From: an uncultured bacterium
Lineage (GTDB): Bacteria > Joyebacterota > Joyebacteria > Joyebacterales > Joyebacteraceae
DNA: 52,408 nucleotides
Reading direction: 5' to 3'
NCBI GenBank assembly: GCA_964572375.1
Contig: CAZNHF010000001.1
Location: forward strand, 1 to 52,408
The notes under the pieces were generated by a model. It ran no database searches. It saw only the letters and a list, made by a program, of their open reading frames with translations, and had not been told where the DNA came from. The first letter of the stretch is position 1. Each line of letters opens with the position of its first letter. Positions 7,918 through 17,894 of this stretch are shown here, in pieces. The translations under genes were made by a program, and so were the position numbers.

Positions 7918-9438
7918 ATGGGGACGCGTCCGAGCGCCCCCCCGCGCGAGCAGGAGTTCCCAACGTTGCGCATCACCGAGCATCCCATCCTCCGCTTTGA
8001 CAGAGGCCGCGAGCTCACCTTCGAGTTCGACGGCCGCTCCATGAAGGGCTACGAAGGCGAAACGATCGCAGCCGCACTCCATGCGAACGACGTCCGCGTG
8101 CTCAGGGAAAGCCCCGGGCTTCATCGCCCCCGCGGCTTCTTCTGTGCGATCGGACGCTGTTCATCGTGCCTCATGACCGTCAACGGCATCCCGAACGTGA
8201 TGACGTGCATCACGCCGCTCAAGGACGGGATACGCGTCGAGACGCAGCGCGACAAGGGGACGATCGCCATCGGCGAGTCCGGCACCGTCCGCACTCGTCC
8301 GGCGCAGGCGGAGCGCGCGTCCGACGACCTCCCGGTCGTTCCGCTCGTCGTCGTCGGCGGAGGACCCGCCGGGCTATCGGCCGCCGCGGCCGCGGCCCAA
8401 TTCGGAATCGAGACCGTCGTCGTCGACGAGAACGAAGTCGCCGGTGGACAGCTCATCAAGCAGACGCACATGTTCTTCGGTTCGCGTGAGCACTACGCCC
8501 GCATACGCGGCATCGACATCGGAAGCAAGCTCACATCCAACCTCGAGGGTCTCCCGGTCCGGATGATGCTCGGAACGACCGTGCTCGGACTCTACTCCGA
8601 CCGCACGCTCTCACTCCTCGCCGACGACCGCCATCTCGCGCTCCGCGCGGGGTCGATCGTGCTGGCCACCGGCGCCTCCGAGAACATGCTGGCATTCGAG
8701 AACGGGGACATGCCGGGTGTCTACGGCGCCGGCGCCGTGCAGACCCTTATGAACGTCCACGGCGTCACGCCGGGAGAACGCGTGCTAATGATCGGCGCCG
8801 GCAACATCGGCCTCATCGTCGCCTACCAGCTGCTCCAGGCCGGCGTCGAGGTGGCGGCAGTCATCGACGCGGCTCCCGAGATCGGCGGATACCACGTCCA
8901 TGCCGCGAAGATCCGCAGAGCCGGCGTGCCGATCCTGACGTCGCATACGGTGACCCGAGTGTCTGGGACCGATCGGGTTGCGTCGGCCGAAATCGCCGAG
9001 GTCGACTCCAGCTGGCAGCCCGTGGCGGGGAGTCAGCGAACACTCGACGTCGACACGGTCTGCCTGGCGGTCGGTCTCACACCGAACTGCGAGCTCGCGT
9101 TCCAGTCCGGCTGCAGCCGGACGTACGTCCCGCACCTCGGCGGTCCCGTCGCGGTCCACGGGCAGAACCTCGAAACGACGGTCGATGGTGTGTTCATAGC
9201 CGGTGACGCTTCAGGCATTGAGGAAGCGTCGACTGCCATGCTCGAAGGGCGGCTGGCCGGACTCGCTGTGGCGGCGCGGCTCGCGGCAGGCAAACACGAA
9301 GCAGAGATCACAAGGCTCACCGAGGAGACGCGCGAGGGTCTCGACGCGCTCCGTGCCGGCCCCTTCGGGGAGAAGCCGCGCCTCGGAAAGCAGCGCATGT
9401 TCGAGATACACCGCGACCTCCGGGAGGCGAGCGAGTGA
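7918..9438 (+). CDS. Dehydrogenase alpha subunit: SoxA/HcnA-like 2Fe-2S domain fused to an FAD/NAD(P)-binding pyridine-nucleotide-disulfide oxidoreductase
   Basis: The N-terminus (RITEHPIL...[15 protein letters not shown]) is followed by two Rossmann motifs ([13 protein letters not shown] and [15 protein letters not shown]). The start may instead be TTG at 7966. Confidence 0.82.
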   Translation: MGTRPSAPPREQEFPTLRITEHPILRFDRGRELTFEFDGRSMKGYEGETIAAALHANDVRVLRESPGLHRPRGFFCAIGRCSSCLMTVNGIPNVMTCITPLKDGIRVETQRDKGTIAIGESGTVRTRPAQAERASDDLPVVPLVVVGGGPAGLSAAAAAAQFGIETVVVDENEVAGGQLIKQTHMFFGSREHYARIRGIDIGSKLTSNLEGLPVRMMLGTTVLGLYSDRTLSLLADDRHLALRAGSIVLATGASENMLAFENGDMPGVYGAGAVQTLMNVHGVTPGERVLMIGAGNIGLIVAYQLLQAGVEVAAVIDAAPEIGGYHVHAAKIRRAGVPILTSHTVTRVSGTDRVASAEIAEVDSSWQPVAGSQRTLDVDTVCLAVGLTPNCELAFQSGCSRTYVPHLGGPVAVHGQNLETTVDGVFIAGDASGIEEASTAMLEGRLAGLAVAARLAAGKHEAEITRLTEETREGLDALRAGPFGEKPRLGKQRMFEIHRDLREASE

Positions 9439-9935
9439 GCCACCGGAAGAACGGCATTCTCAGGAGCGATGAACTCGCCGGACGCCTTCCAACGGACGAG
9501 CGGCTCCGCCTGGGCCCGGTCGCGGTCATCGAGTGCGTCGAGAACATCCCATGCAACCCGTGCGTCGACGCATGCCCACGGGGCGCCATCACGATTCAGG
9601 GCGATATCAACGGAACACCCCAGGTCGACAGCGAGAAGTGCAACGGCTGCCGGGTATGCCTGAGCGCCTGCCCGGGGCTGGCCATCTTCGTGGTCGAAGC
9701 CGCCGGCGAGGACGGTACGGGTTCCGTCTCGCTCCCGTACGAGTATCGGCCCCTCCCCTCCACCGACGAGATCGTCGTCGCGGTCGACCGCGAAGGCGAG
9801 GTCGTCTGCGAGGCGAGGGTCACACGAGTCCTCGATTCAAAGGCGCTCGACCGGACCCCGATCGTCACGATCGAGGTCCCCCGCGGGCACGTCACGAACG
9901 TCAGGCACTTCAAACGGAGGTCGCAGGCGAAGTGA
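9435..9935 (+). CDS. 4Fe-4S ferredoxin-like subunit
   Basis: 166 aa with CNPCVDACP and CNGCRVCLSACP motifs. The GTG start overlaps the upstream stop (GTGA). Confidence 0.8.
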   Translation: MSHRKNGILRSDELAGRLPTDERLRLGPVAVIECVENIPCNPCVDACPRGAITIQGDINGTPQVDSEKCNGCRVCLSACPGLAIFVVEAAGEDGTGSVSLPYEYRPLPSTDEIVVAVDREGEVVCEARVTRVLDSKALDRTPIVTIEVPRGHVTNVRHFKRRSQAK

Positions 9936-10207
9936 AGGACGACGTCGTCATCTGCAGATGTGAGGACGTAACCTACGGGCAGGTCGTCCGGGCCATCGAC
10001 GAGGGTCTCACGACGCTCGAGGAGATCAAGCGGTTGCTCAGGTGCGGGATGGGGCCCTGTCAGGGCAGAACCTGTTCACGCCTGATCGCTCGCATCATCG
10101 TGGAGAAGACGGGCCGGTCAATGGACGAGGTCGGGTTCCCGTTCGACCGTCCTCCCGTACGGCCGGTCGAGATCGGCATTCTGGCAGGTGACAAAGATGA
10201 AGCGTAG
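9932..10207 (+). CDS. Small BFD-like [2Fe-2S]-binding subunit
   Basis: 91 aa from GTG 9932, which overlaps the previous stop, with GGAGG at 9916-9920. It has CRCEDV...CGMGPCQGRTC cysteine spacing. Confidence 0.72.
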   Translation: MKDDVVICRCEDVTYGQVVRAIDEGLTTLEEIKRLLRCGMGPCQGRTCSRLIARIIVEKTGRSMDEVGFPFDRPPVRPVEIGILAGDKDEA

Positions 10208-11342
10208 CGCGGACTGCGTTATCATAGGCGGCGGTATCATCGGGACTTCGGTCGCGTACTACCTCGCGAAGTCCGGGATGACCGACTGCGTGGTGCTGGA
10301 AGCGGACTACCTCGCGAGCGGCGGCACCGGCAGGTGCGGCGGTGGGATCCGGCAGCAGTGGAGCACGGAGCCGAACGCCCGTCTCGCCATGGAGAGCGTT
10401 CGCATCTTCACCACGCTCGAGGAAGAACTCGGGGAGGACATCGAATTCCTCCAGGGCGGCTATCTCGTGCTCGCCTATACCGACGACGACGTCGAGCAAT
10501 TCGAGAAGAACGTCGAGCTCCAGCGCGGACTCGGACTCGACGTAGAGATCCTGGAACCCGACGAGATCGGACCGCGCGTTGTGCGCCAGCTCAACACCGA
10601 CCGCGTCAGGATGGCGACGTACTGCCCGAAGGACGCGAGCGCCAACCCGTTCCTCGCGACCCGCGCGTACGCCGCTGCCGCGAAGCGTCTCGGCGTGGAT
10701 GTGGAGCTCTTCACACCGGTGCGCCGCATTCTTGCCGAGAACGGTCGCGTCACCGGCGTCGAGACCGACCGCGGCGTTATCAGCACACGCCGGGTCATCA
10801 ACGCGGCCGGGAGTCACAGCGTTCCGCTCGCGAAGACGGTCGGCGTCGACCTGCCCATCAAGCCTTACCGCCGCGAGATCCTCGTCACCGAGCCGCTCGA
10901 GCGATTCTTCGACCCGATGATCATCTCGTTCAGCTTCGGCATATACTTCCGGCAGGTGCGCCACGGGTCGATCCTCGGCGGATTCGCGTACCCCGACGAG
11001 AAGCCCGGGGTCAACCAAACCTCGAGCGTGGATTTCCTCACAACGATGTCAAAGAAGCTCGCTTACCTCATGCCCGTTCTGGAGAACGTCAAGGTTGTCC
11101 GGCAGTGGGCCGGGCTCTACGACGTCACGCCGGACGCGCAGCCGATCATCGGCGATACTGATGGTGTTGAGGGGTTCTACCAGGCAAGCGGGTTCAGCGG
11201 ACACGGCTTCATGATCGCCCCGATGGTCAGCACGCTTCTCGCTCAGGTCGTGGCCGGGCGGGCGCCCGAACTCGACGTCGAGCGACTCAACCTGAGGCGC
11301 TTCACCGACGGGGATATCGACCTCGACCACTCCGTCGTCTGA
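10188..11342 (+). CDS. FAD-dependent oxidoreductase, DAO family (sarcosine-oxidase-beta / proline-dehydrogenase-beta-like)
   Basis: 384 aa. VIIGGGIIGTSVAYYLAK dinucleotide fold and C-terminal GFSGHGFMIAP. The start overlaps the previous gene; ATG 10197 is an alternative. Confidence 0.9.
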   Translation: MTKMKRSADCVIIGGGIIGTSVAYYLAKSGMTDCVVLEADYLASGGTGRCGGGIRQQWSTEPNARLAMESVRIFTTLEEELGEDIEFLQGGYLVLAYTDDDVEQFEKNVELQRGLGLDVEILEPDEIGPRVVRQLNTDRVRMATYCPKDASANPFLATRAYAAAAKRLGVDVELFTPVRRILAENGRVTGVETDRGVISTRRVINAAGSHSVPLAKTVGVDLPIKPYRREILVTEPLERFFDPMIISFSFGIYFRQVRHGSILGGFAYPDEKPGVNQTSSVDFLTTMSKKLAYLMPVLENVKVVRQWAGLYDVTPDAQPIIGDTDGVEGFYQASGFSGHGFMIAPMVSTLLAQVVAGRAPELDVERLNLRRFTDGDIDLDHSVV

Positions 11343-11429
11343 AGCGCAGACGCGCATCTCTCCGAGAAATGGAAACGGCCGTTCCCCGCGCAGGCGCGTC
11401 GCCTTCCGGCCGGCGTACCGGGATCGTCC

Positions 11430-13355
11430 CTACTCCTCCACGAACTCCAGAACCCACCGCGGCCGCACCGCCGTGTTCCGGCCGAGCCGCGCGCTCCAGT
11501 CTTCAATCGACAGAGCCGCCCCGGCGTCGTGCTCCAACTCGTAGAACGCGGAGATGACTCCGCCGAAGAGCGTGGGACCCTCGCCCTGGTCAAAGCGTAT
11601 GTAGATGATGTCCGGCCGGCCGAGAGCGACGTCGAAGGCGATGCTCGTGCTCAGATCGCTGTAGGCCGTCGCGATGAAGGCCTGCTGGTCTCGCGCAGAA
11701 ACGCGGATGGAGCTGGCCCGCCTGTCCGGTGGTTCTGAAGCGCTCGATATCTGAGCGAGCACGCCGGCGCCGAAGACGCCGAAGCACGATCGCTCTAGCC
11801 CCCCAATGAAGCCGGCGTACGCATCAAGGCGGTCCTTGAGCTTTCGGTCAAGGAGGTCGTGTTCCCAGAGCGTGTCGCGCAGATTGCCGACGAGGTCCTC
11901 GATGCGAACGTACAGCTCGGGGTAAGGTTCGACCATCGCGCACGCGTCTGCCGCAACGGGCAGCGCCGCCCGGAGGGCTCGCGTCGGCTCGGTCACGTTC
12001 GCGGGAGCCCGTCTCAGGTCGGCCCACGCGGCGGCCGCGGTCGAGAGCATGCGCATCTCCCAGGCGCCGGTACGCATGTACGGCGGGCGCTGTTCGCGCG
12101 TCGGCTCAAAGAGGGCGGAGATCACGTGGAGCCAGCTCCAGTACAGGTCGCTGGTCCAGTCGCCATACGTCATCTCCTCAAGCTCAAGTTCGATCTCCTG
12201 GAATCCCTGTCGATAGACGTCGCGCGCGAAGGCGTCCTCGCGCTCGAGCACGTTCCTCGCAGCGTCCGAACCGAGAAGAGCCATGAGACTCATGGAGGGG
12301 GACGTTCCGCCCTTCGCTCCGAGCCCCAGTCTCCTGAAGTAGCGAACATCGTGGAAACGCCGCGGAGGAAGAAACCGCATCCCGCGAAGCTCGTGCGTCT
12401 CGAAATGCGCCGGGGCTATCTCCCGGACGCGTTCCGCGAAGATCGCTACCGCATCGAGGTCGGCCAGCGCCTCGAGTTCGAACCCTTCGCCGAAGACCTC
12501 ATTGGCCGCCTCGATGTAGTCGAGAACGGTCGGATCCCCGTCTCCCGAGTTGAAGAACAGCAAAGGTTCATAGACTCGCTCCCAGAGCTCCAGCCACTCG
12601 CCGGCCTCAGCCTCCAGCGCGTGCGCGACGAGGAGCGCCTGGATCGTGAGCCGGTAGTCGTCCACACGTCCCTCCGGGAGCGCGAAGGCCATGCGGCTGT
12701 ACCACGTCACGGCACGGAAGAACCGCGCGTGATGTTCGCTCGTCGCGTAGTGTCCAACGGGAACGTAGTTGGAGTAGTCCTCCCCCGGGCCCGCGACCCC
12801 GTCGAGCGGCGTGGCACCCATGATCGGAGAGTACCCGATCACACGGCCTTCCTCGATGAGGTCGAGCTCGCGCTCGGTCAGCGCCAGCCCCGCTTCGGAG
12901 GGGAAGTACTCGGGATCCAGAAGACTCAGCCCCACGGAGAAGAACGCGACGTTCAGCCTGGCCGCCTCGCGGACCGCCGAGTCACGGGACAACAGGTACT
13001 GGTCCTCCGAGAGACGCACCATTTCACGCGAGAGCCGCGTCAGGCGGTCGTAGAGCTCCCCATCCTCGAGCGAGTAGAGTACCTCGTCCAGGAACAGCCG
13101 GGTGGTCCGGAGGACTGTGTCAGCCGTGATGAACGTGTGGGCGCCTCGATCCCGGACGACATCGTATGCCTCCGGGATACCCGTCACATCGCTTGCCACA
13201 ACGACGAATCCACGCTCCTCGAGAGCCCGCTCACCCCAGTCGGACAGCTCGAGACCGTCACCGGGCCCGGCCGCAGACGCGGAGAGCGACGTGAGAACGA
13301 CGACCGCGAGCGCGACGACGCACATTCCCGTCATCGGGCGCAGGTGTTCGCGCAT
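11430..13355 (-). CDS. Secreted hypothetical protein, DUF3160-like
   Basis: ATG 13355 is preceded by AAGGAGGGG, followed by a signal-peptide-like MCVVALAVVVLTSLSASA. The motif YVPVGHY...ARFFRAVTWYSRMAF recalls DUF3160. Family assignment is from memory only. Confidence 0.65.
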   Translation of the reverse strand: MREHLRPMTGMCVVALAVVVLTSLSASAAGPGDGLELSDWGERALEERGFVVVASDVTGIPEAYDVVRDRGAHTFITADTVLRTTRLFLDEVLYSLEDGELYDRLTRLSREMVRLSEDQYLLSRDSAVREAARLNVAFFSVGLSLLDPEYFPSEAGLALTERELDLIEEGRVIGYSPIMGATPLDGVAGPGEDYSNYVPVGHYATSEHHARFFRAVTWYSRMAFALPEGRVDDYRLTIQALLVAHALEAEAGEWLELWERVYEPLLFFNSGDGDPTVLDYIEAANEVFGEGFELEALADLDAVAIFAERVREIAPAHFETHELRGMRFLPPRRFHDVRYFRRLGLGAKGGTSPSMSLMALLGSDAARNVLEREDAFARDVYRQGFQEIELELEEMTYGDWTSDLYWSWLHVISALFEPTREQRPPYMRTGAWEMRMLSTAAAAWADLRRAPANVTEPTRALRAALPVAADACAMVEPYPELYVRIEDLVGNLRDTLWEHDLLDRKLKDRLDAYAGFIGGLERSCFGVFGAGVLAQISSASEPPDRRASSIRVSARDQQAFIATAYSDLSTSIAFDVALGRPDIIYIRFDQGEGPTLFGGVISAFYELEHDAGAALSIEDWSARLGRNTAVRPRWVLEFVEE

Positions 13356-13421
13356 ATGCGGAGCCCCTCCTTTGTGCGCGGACCGGCCGCGCATGGGCTG
13401 TCCTTGTCTCTTCGCGTGAAG

Positions 13422-13991
13422 CTACGGCGCGATCACGCCGTCGGACGCCGTCACCCAGAGAGCGCGCACTGCATCGCCGCCAAGCCTCTCGATTCGATGC
13501 GGCATCGTCGCCCTGAACTGGATGCAGTCACCCGCACCGAGTTCGAACTCATCATCACCCACGAAGACCTTGAGGCCCCCGGTCTCGACGAGCAGGATTT
13601 CCTCGCCTCCGTGGGGACGAGTCACCAGGGGTCCCCGCTCGAAGTCGACGAGTTCGACGACTCGAAGCCGTCCCGCAGGGATTCCCGTGGTCAGGAAGTC
13701 CGCTCCGGTGACGGTCTGCCCGCCCTCCGTGATGACGTGATGCGCCCTCTCGTGTTTGCGGACGACCGACACGCTCGGAAGCAGCTCCTCTTCAACGAAA
13801 TAGGTCGCCGGCTTCTTGAGCGCGCGCGCAATCCTCAGAAGCGCTCCGACCGTCGGAGACGTGCGACCGCGCTCGATCTCGGAGATGTGCGTCGGTGACA
13901 TCCCTGACGAATCCGCCACCTGCTTCAGGGTCATACTCCGGGCAAGCCTCTCAAGCTTCACCCGCCGTCCCAGCTCTGCCTTGTCGAGCAT
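13422..13991 (-). CDS. XRE-family HTH transcriptional regulator with a C-terminal cupin domain
   Basis: N-terminal LKQVADSSGMSPTHISEIERGRTSPTVGALLRIARAL and a cupin-like C-terminus. Confidence 0.88.
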   Translation of the reverse strand: MLDKAELGRRVKLERLARSMTLKQVADSSGMSPTHISEIERGRTSPTVGALLRIARALKKPATYFVEEELLPSVSVVRKHERAHHVITEGGQTVTGADFLTTGIPAGRLRVVELVDFERGPLVTRPHGGEEILLVETGGLKVFVGDDEFELGAGDCIQFRATMPHRIERLGGDAVRALWVTASDGVIAP

Positions 13992-14283
13992 GGTGAACCA
14001 CCTCCCCTGTCTCGACTACTGCCTGGCCTCACCCGCTCTCGGGTGGATGCTGCGTCGGGGGGCACCCGGTGAGGTCGCCTAAGCCGGCTTCGAAGCAGCC
14101 GGCCGCCGACCGTCCCGCGGCCGGCTCCATCTATCCTCATGGCGTCGCACGGACTTGATCCGCGCGCGTTCTTGTCCTTGTACTCCCTCTCCCATACGTC
14201 AGCCACGGTCGCGCGATATTCGCCGGTCGGGTGATCGCAGGCCGTCGGCACTCTTTCCTGTCCGGGTCGGGAAGAGCGGTCAG

Positions 14284-15471
14284 TCAGGCAACGACCTTCT
14301 CCTGCTTCCCGACCTTCCCACCTGAGTTGTCTGATGCGGCCCCGGGCGTGTCGTTCCTCGATCCTCCGGTCACGGCCGCCTCATAGACACGCAGTATGTC
14401 CTTCGTGACACACTCCCACGCAAAGCGCTCCACCTCACGACGCGCTGTGTCGACGATCCGCATCCTGAGCTCGCGGTCGCGAGCGAGACGGATAATGGCG
14501 TCTGCGATCGCGTCGGGCGAGCTGGGAGCAACGAGAAGCCCCGTCCGACCGTTGTCGACGACGTCATTGTATCCAGTGATGTTCGACGCTACGATGGCCG
14601 ATCTCGAGGCCATGGCCTCGAGTAGAACGATGCCGAAGCTCTCCCCACCGGTCGCCGGCGAGCAGAACACATCCGCTGTCGCATAGTAGCGAGCAAGCAT
14701 CTCATTGGAGACGAACCCGGGGAACTCCACACGGCCCTGGCAGCTCTCCGGCACGTAGTTCTCGTAGTGCGTGGCCAGCGGGCCGCCCCCGACAGCGACG
14801 AGACGACAGTTCGGGACCTCGTCGCAGATGCGGGGCATCGCGCGCAGCAGATGCTTCGCGCCCTTCCTCGGCTCCATCCGGCCGACAAACAGGATATTGA
14901 ACGCGCCTTCGCCGAGTTCCTTTATGGGCTCCGCCGACGAGAAGCGCTCGATATCGACGCCGTTCGGAATGATCTCATAGTCACCGTCGAAGTGAGCGGC
15001 GGCAGTGCGTCTGGCGGCGTTCGACACGGCGATGCGGCGCGAGAGTTTCTGGGCGTAGCGTTCGAGCAGCGGACGGAAGAGTTTGTAACCCAGCGACCTC
15101 TCGTTACTCGCATGGAAGGTCCCAACGGCCGGCATATCGGCCTGCGAGAGCGCCGCGAGACAAAGCGCAGGCATCAGCGGCTCGTGCAGATGCAGGACGT
15201 CGAATCCCTCGTCGCGGAAGATGCGCCTGAGCTGGTTGGACATCCTCAGATCGACCGCAACCGGGCAGATAGAGCCGTTTGCCGGCACCGAGAACGCCCG
15301 CCCGATGCGGATCACGTGTTCCTCGCACGGGGAACCGCCCGGTCCGAACGACGTCGTAATGATCCTCACTTCGTGACCGAGACGACGGAGTTCCACGTAC
15401 GTATGGTAGACGTGTTCCGTCACGCCGCCCGGGTACGGGTAGAAGGCCGGTGTCACGATGCCGATCTTCAC
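14284..15471 (-). CDS. GT4-family glycosyltransferase, PimA-like
   Basis: 395 aa. MKIGIVTPAFYPYPGGVTEHV N-terminus and the EX7E-region motif ESFGIVLLEAMA. GTG start with AGGAAGG SD. Confidence 0.88.
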   Translation of the reverse strand: MKIGIVTPAFYPYPGGVTEHVYHTYVELRRLGHEVRIITTSFGPGGSPCEEHVIRIGRAFSVPANGSICPVAVDLRMSNQLRRIFRDEGFDVLHLHEPLMPALCLAALSQADMPAVGTFHASNERSLGYKLFRPLLERYAQKLSRRIAVSNAARRTAAAHFDGDYEIIPNGVDIERFSSAEPIKELGEGAFNILFVGRMEPRKGAKHLLRAMPRICDEVPNCRLVAVGGGPLATHYENYVPESCQGRVEFPGFVSNEMLARYYATADVFCSPATGGESFGIVLLEAMASRSAIVASNITGYNDVVDNGRTGLLVAPSSPDAIADAIIRLARDRELRMRIVDTARREVERFAWECVTKDILRVYEAAVTGGSRNDTPGAASDNSGGKVGKQEKVVA

Positions 15472-15510
15472 TTCACCCTTCCTGCTCGATCCTCGCGCAA
15501 GCGCGCGTGT

Positions 15511-15600
15511 GTCTCATTGCCGATTCCACGACCGTCTTGCCGATTCCACGACCGTCTTGCCGATTCCATGACCGTCTTGCCGATTCCATGGCCGTCCGGA
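15511..15600. repeat. Tandem direct repeat, 20-bp unit CGATTCCACGACCGTCTTGC, about 4.5 copies
   Basis: Units at 15521-15540, 15541-15560, 15561-15580 (1 mismatch) and 15581-15600 (degenerate), plus a partial copy at 15511-15520. It is intercistronic between the acyltransferase-fusion stop (15615) and the GT4 start (15471). Confidence 0.9.
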
Positions 15601-15614
15601 CCATCCCCGGCTGT

Positions 15615-17894
15615 CTAGGGTTGCCAGATTGGCTGGAGCATGCACCACTGGTCCGGATACCGCGCGATGTAGTCCTCGAAGACCGCGGCGATCTTCTGCG
15701 TATAGGTCCGGACGGCCGTGTCGAAATCGCCAGCATCGTCCGGGAAGATCGGGTCCTCGATGTGCCCGATGTAGTTCCCGTCGGGCTGGCGGATACAGAA
15801 ACACGGGATGATCGCGGCCCCGCTCTTGAGCGCCAGCCATGCCGCCCCGCGCGGGAGCTTCGTTCTCTCACCGAAGAAGTCCACGTCCACACCCTTGGCG
15901 CCGATGACACGCTCGCCGACGATGAAGACGATCTCGTTTCGCCTCAGCGCGCGCCAGATGCGCATCGTCTTCCCGGGCGGGATGATGTTGACGCCACGCA
16001 TCTCCCGCATCGAGGTCACCCTGCTGTCTGCGGCGGCATCTGAGACCGACTCGACGATCGCGGAGAGACTCGGCGTTCTCTTCTCCTGCGCGAGCGCCGC
16101 CGCGCCCATGTCCCAGCTCCCGAGATGAGCCGTGACGAAGATTGCGCCCTTGCCGCGCTCAAGCGCCCGGTCCAGGTGATGGAGCCCCTCAATCCGGACT
16201 ATGTCGACGACCCGCCGCCAGAGATCGCCCGTCAGACCGAAGAAGTCGACGTAGTAGTGACCGTAGCTCCTGAACATCCTCCTCGCGAGCGCACGCACCT
16301 CCGGGCTGTCCTTCGGGCGACCGATCACTCGGGACGCGTTGGCCTCCGCGGAGTTCCTCTTCGTCCGCAGCAGAAGCGCCGCCAGACCCGAGAGTCCGGT
16401 CGCAAGCCTGTAGCTCACTCGCCTCGGGAGCCTCCTGGCCATCTCCGAGGCCATCCTCACCAGCGGATACGCGTTGAGCAGATTGAGGTCGGACGTATCA
16501 GCGTAGAGGAACGGGGAAACGACCGCATACGCGATGCCCACGAGTCCGACGACCACGAGGAGTTGTCTCGGCCCGACGATGTCGACGATGAAGCCCGAGA
16601 GTATGCCCGCGAAGCCGAACGCCGCCTTCGAGACCATGTCGCGGAACCCGAAGGCCTTGCCGATGCTCGCGCCCGGCATCCTCTCCTGCAGAATCGTGTC
16701 GCAGGCAACGTTGGCGGGTGCAATGAAGAAGCCCGCGAGGAAGATGCCGACGCTCAGTCCCGTCAGACTCGATGCTGCTGCCATGGCCGCAACCGTCACC
16801 CCGGCGAGCGCGAAGCTCACGGCGATGATCGCGCGGCGCTGCGTGCGCGCGAAGAAACGGCCGACCACGAGCGAGCCGCCGAGCATCCCGATGCCGGCCA
16901 GCGAGAAGAGCTGACCGAGACCGGCGGTGCCCATCTGGAATTCGTTTCTGACGAGTACGGGCAACGCGATGAGCACGAACCCCGAGATCAGCATTGCGCT
17001 CGCCGATGAGATGGTTGAGTAGACCACGAGCGGGCTGCCCCGCATCTGCCCAAGCCCCTCCTTGAGGTCGCGGACCAGTCGCTGATAGGTCGACCCGATG
17101 ACCTCGACTTCTTCCTCGATCGGCCCGGCGATCTCGTGACCAAGCCTCACCGCCTCTTCGGCGAACTCCACCCGGCTGTGCGCGGACAGCGCGTGCCGGG
17201 CGGTCTCACCGAAAGTTCTGCGCCTCTCGGTGAGTTCCGCCGCGCGATCGGCCGCGACCTCGGAGATGCTCCTGAGCGCGATGAACGCGACGAAGACGCC
17301 GGAGACCACGTACGTCAGAGAGTCGGCGAAGAATCCGAGCCTGTAGCCGTATTGCTCGACGAGGATCCCGCCGCCCCACGGCCCGACGATGAGAGCCGCC
17401 ACCATCGAGACGTTCAACAGCGAGTTCGCCTCCATGAGCTTGTCGCTCGGAACGATCTGCGGAAGCGCGGCCGACTTCGCCGAGAGATAGAACCGGTTGA
17501 CCGTGAAGACGAGGAAGATCAGAACGTAGACCGCCGTCATCGAGCCGGACACGAAGGGCACCACCGCCACCAGCGCCGCCCGGATGAGATCCGAGGCTAT
17601 CATCATCGCCTTGCGGCTCATGCGATCGGCGTAGACGCCGGCGATCGGACCGAAGAACAGCACTGGCGCGCTCGCGAGAAGGAGGATCTTCGAGAACTCG
17701 AGACCGCTCGTGCGCGTACCCTGGCTCACGGCGAAGATGAGCGCAGTGAGCGCCATCAGATTCAGATGGTCACCCATCTGAGACGTGAGAGAACCGGTCC
17801 AGAGAAGCGCGAATCCGCCGGAGCGGAAAAGGCTGAAAAGCCCCCGGGTGCGCTCGGCCACGCGCCCGTCCGCGATGTGCTTCCGGTCGGTCAT
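15615..17894 (-). CDS. Fusion protein: N-terminal MFS transporter + C-terminal LpxL/HtrB/PatA-type lysophospholipid acyltransferase
   Basis: 759 aa. The first ~470 aa are a multi-TM MFS-like region. The C-terminal ~290 aa carry the HX4D motif HLGSWD and the FFGERTKLPRGAAWLA region typical of PF03279 acyltransferases. Confidence 0.82.
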   Translation of the reverse strand: MTDRKHIADGRVAERTRGLFSLFRSGGFALLWTGSLTSQMGDHLNLMALTALIFAVSQGTRTSGLEFSKILLLASAPVLFFGPIAGVYADRMSRKAMMIASDLIRAALVAVVPFVSGSMTAVYVLIFLVFTVNRFYLSAKSAALPQIVPSDKLMEANSLLNVSMVAALIVGPWGGGILVEQYGYRLGFFADSLTYVVSGVFVAFIALRSISEVAADRAAELTERRRTFGETARHALSAHSRVEFAEEAVRLGHEIAGPIEEEVEVIGSTYQRLVRDLKEGLGQMRGSPLVVYSTISSASAMLISGFVLIALPVLVRNEFQMGTAGLGQLFSLAGIGMLGGSLVVGRFFARTQRRAIIAVSFALAGVTVAAMAAASSLTGLSVGIFLAGFFIAPANVACDTILQERMPGASIGKAFGFRDMVSKAAFGFAGILSGFIVDIVGPRQLLVVVGLVGIAYAVVSPFLYADTSDLNLLNAYPLVRMASEMARRLPRRVSYRLATGLSGLAALLLRTKRNSAEANASRVIGRPKDSPEVRALARRMFRSYGHYYVDFFGLTGDLWRRVVDIVRIEGLHHLDRALERGKGAIFVTAHLGSWDMGAAALAQEKRTPSLSAIVESVSDAAADSRVTSMREMRGVNIIPPGKTMRIWRALRRNEIVFIVGERVIGAKGVDVDFFGERTKLPRGAAWLALKSGAAIIPCFCIRQPDGNYIGHIEDPIFPDDAGDFDTAVRTYTQKIAAVFEDYIARYPDQWCMLQPIWQP

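Noticed and set aside
11859-13898. 679-aa plus-strand ORF
   Set aside because: It is fully antisense to the DUF3160-like and XRE-cupin genes. Its R/E/P/G-rich low-complexity translation is typical of shadow ORFs in GC-rich DNA. It has no SD or recognisable motif.
13958-14251. 97-aa minus-strand ORF in the GT4/XRE intergenic region (MPTACDHPTGEYRATVADVWEREYKDK...)
   Set aside because: The first ~30 residues look protein-like, but the rest is R/G/S low complexity and overlaps the XRE gene start. There is no SD. A short leader peptide cannot be excluded but is unsupported.
15511-15600. CRISPR array interpretation of the 20-bp tandem repeat (and likewise the 16-bp repeat at 5108-5166)
   Set aside because: The repeats are directly abutting with no spacers, the units are too short, and there are no cas genes. 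These are tandem repeats, not CRISPR.
14767-16043. Plus-strand ORFs (283 aa and 197 aa) that read through the tandem repeat as PIPRPSCRFHDRLADS-type peptide repeats
   Set aside because: The 20-bp period shifts the frame at every unit. The ORFs are antisense to GT4 and the acyltransferase fusion, so they are not coding.
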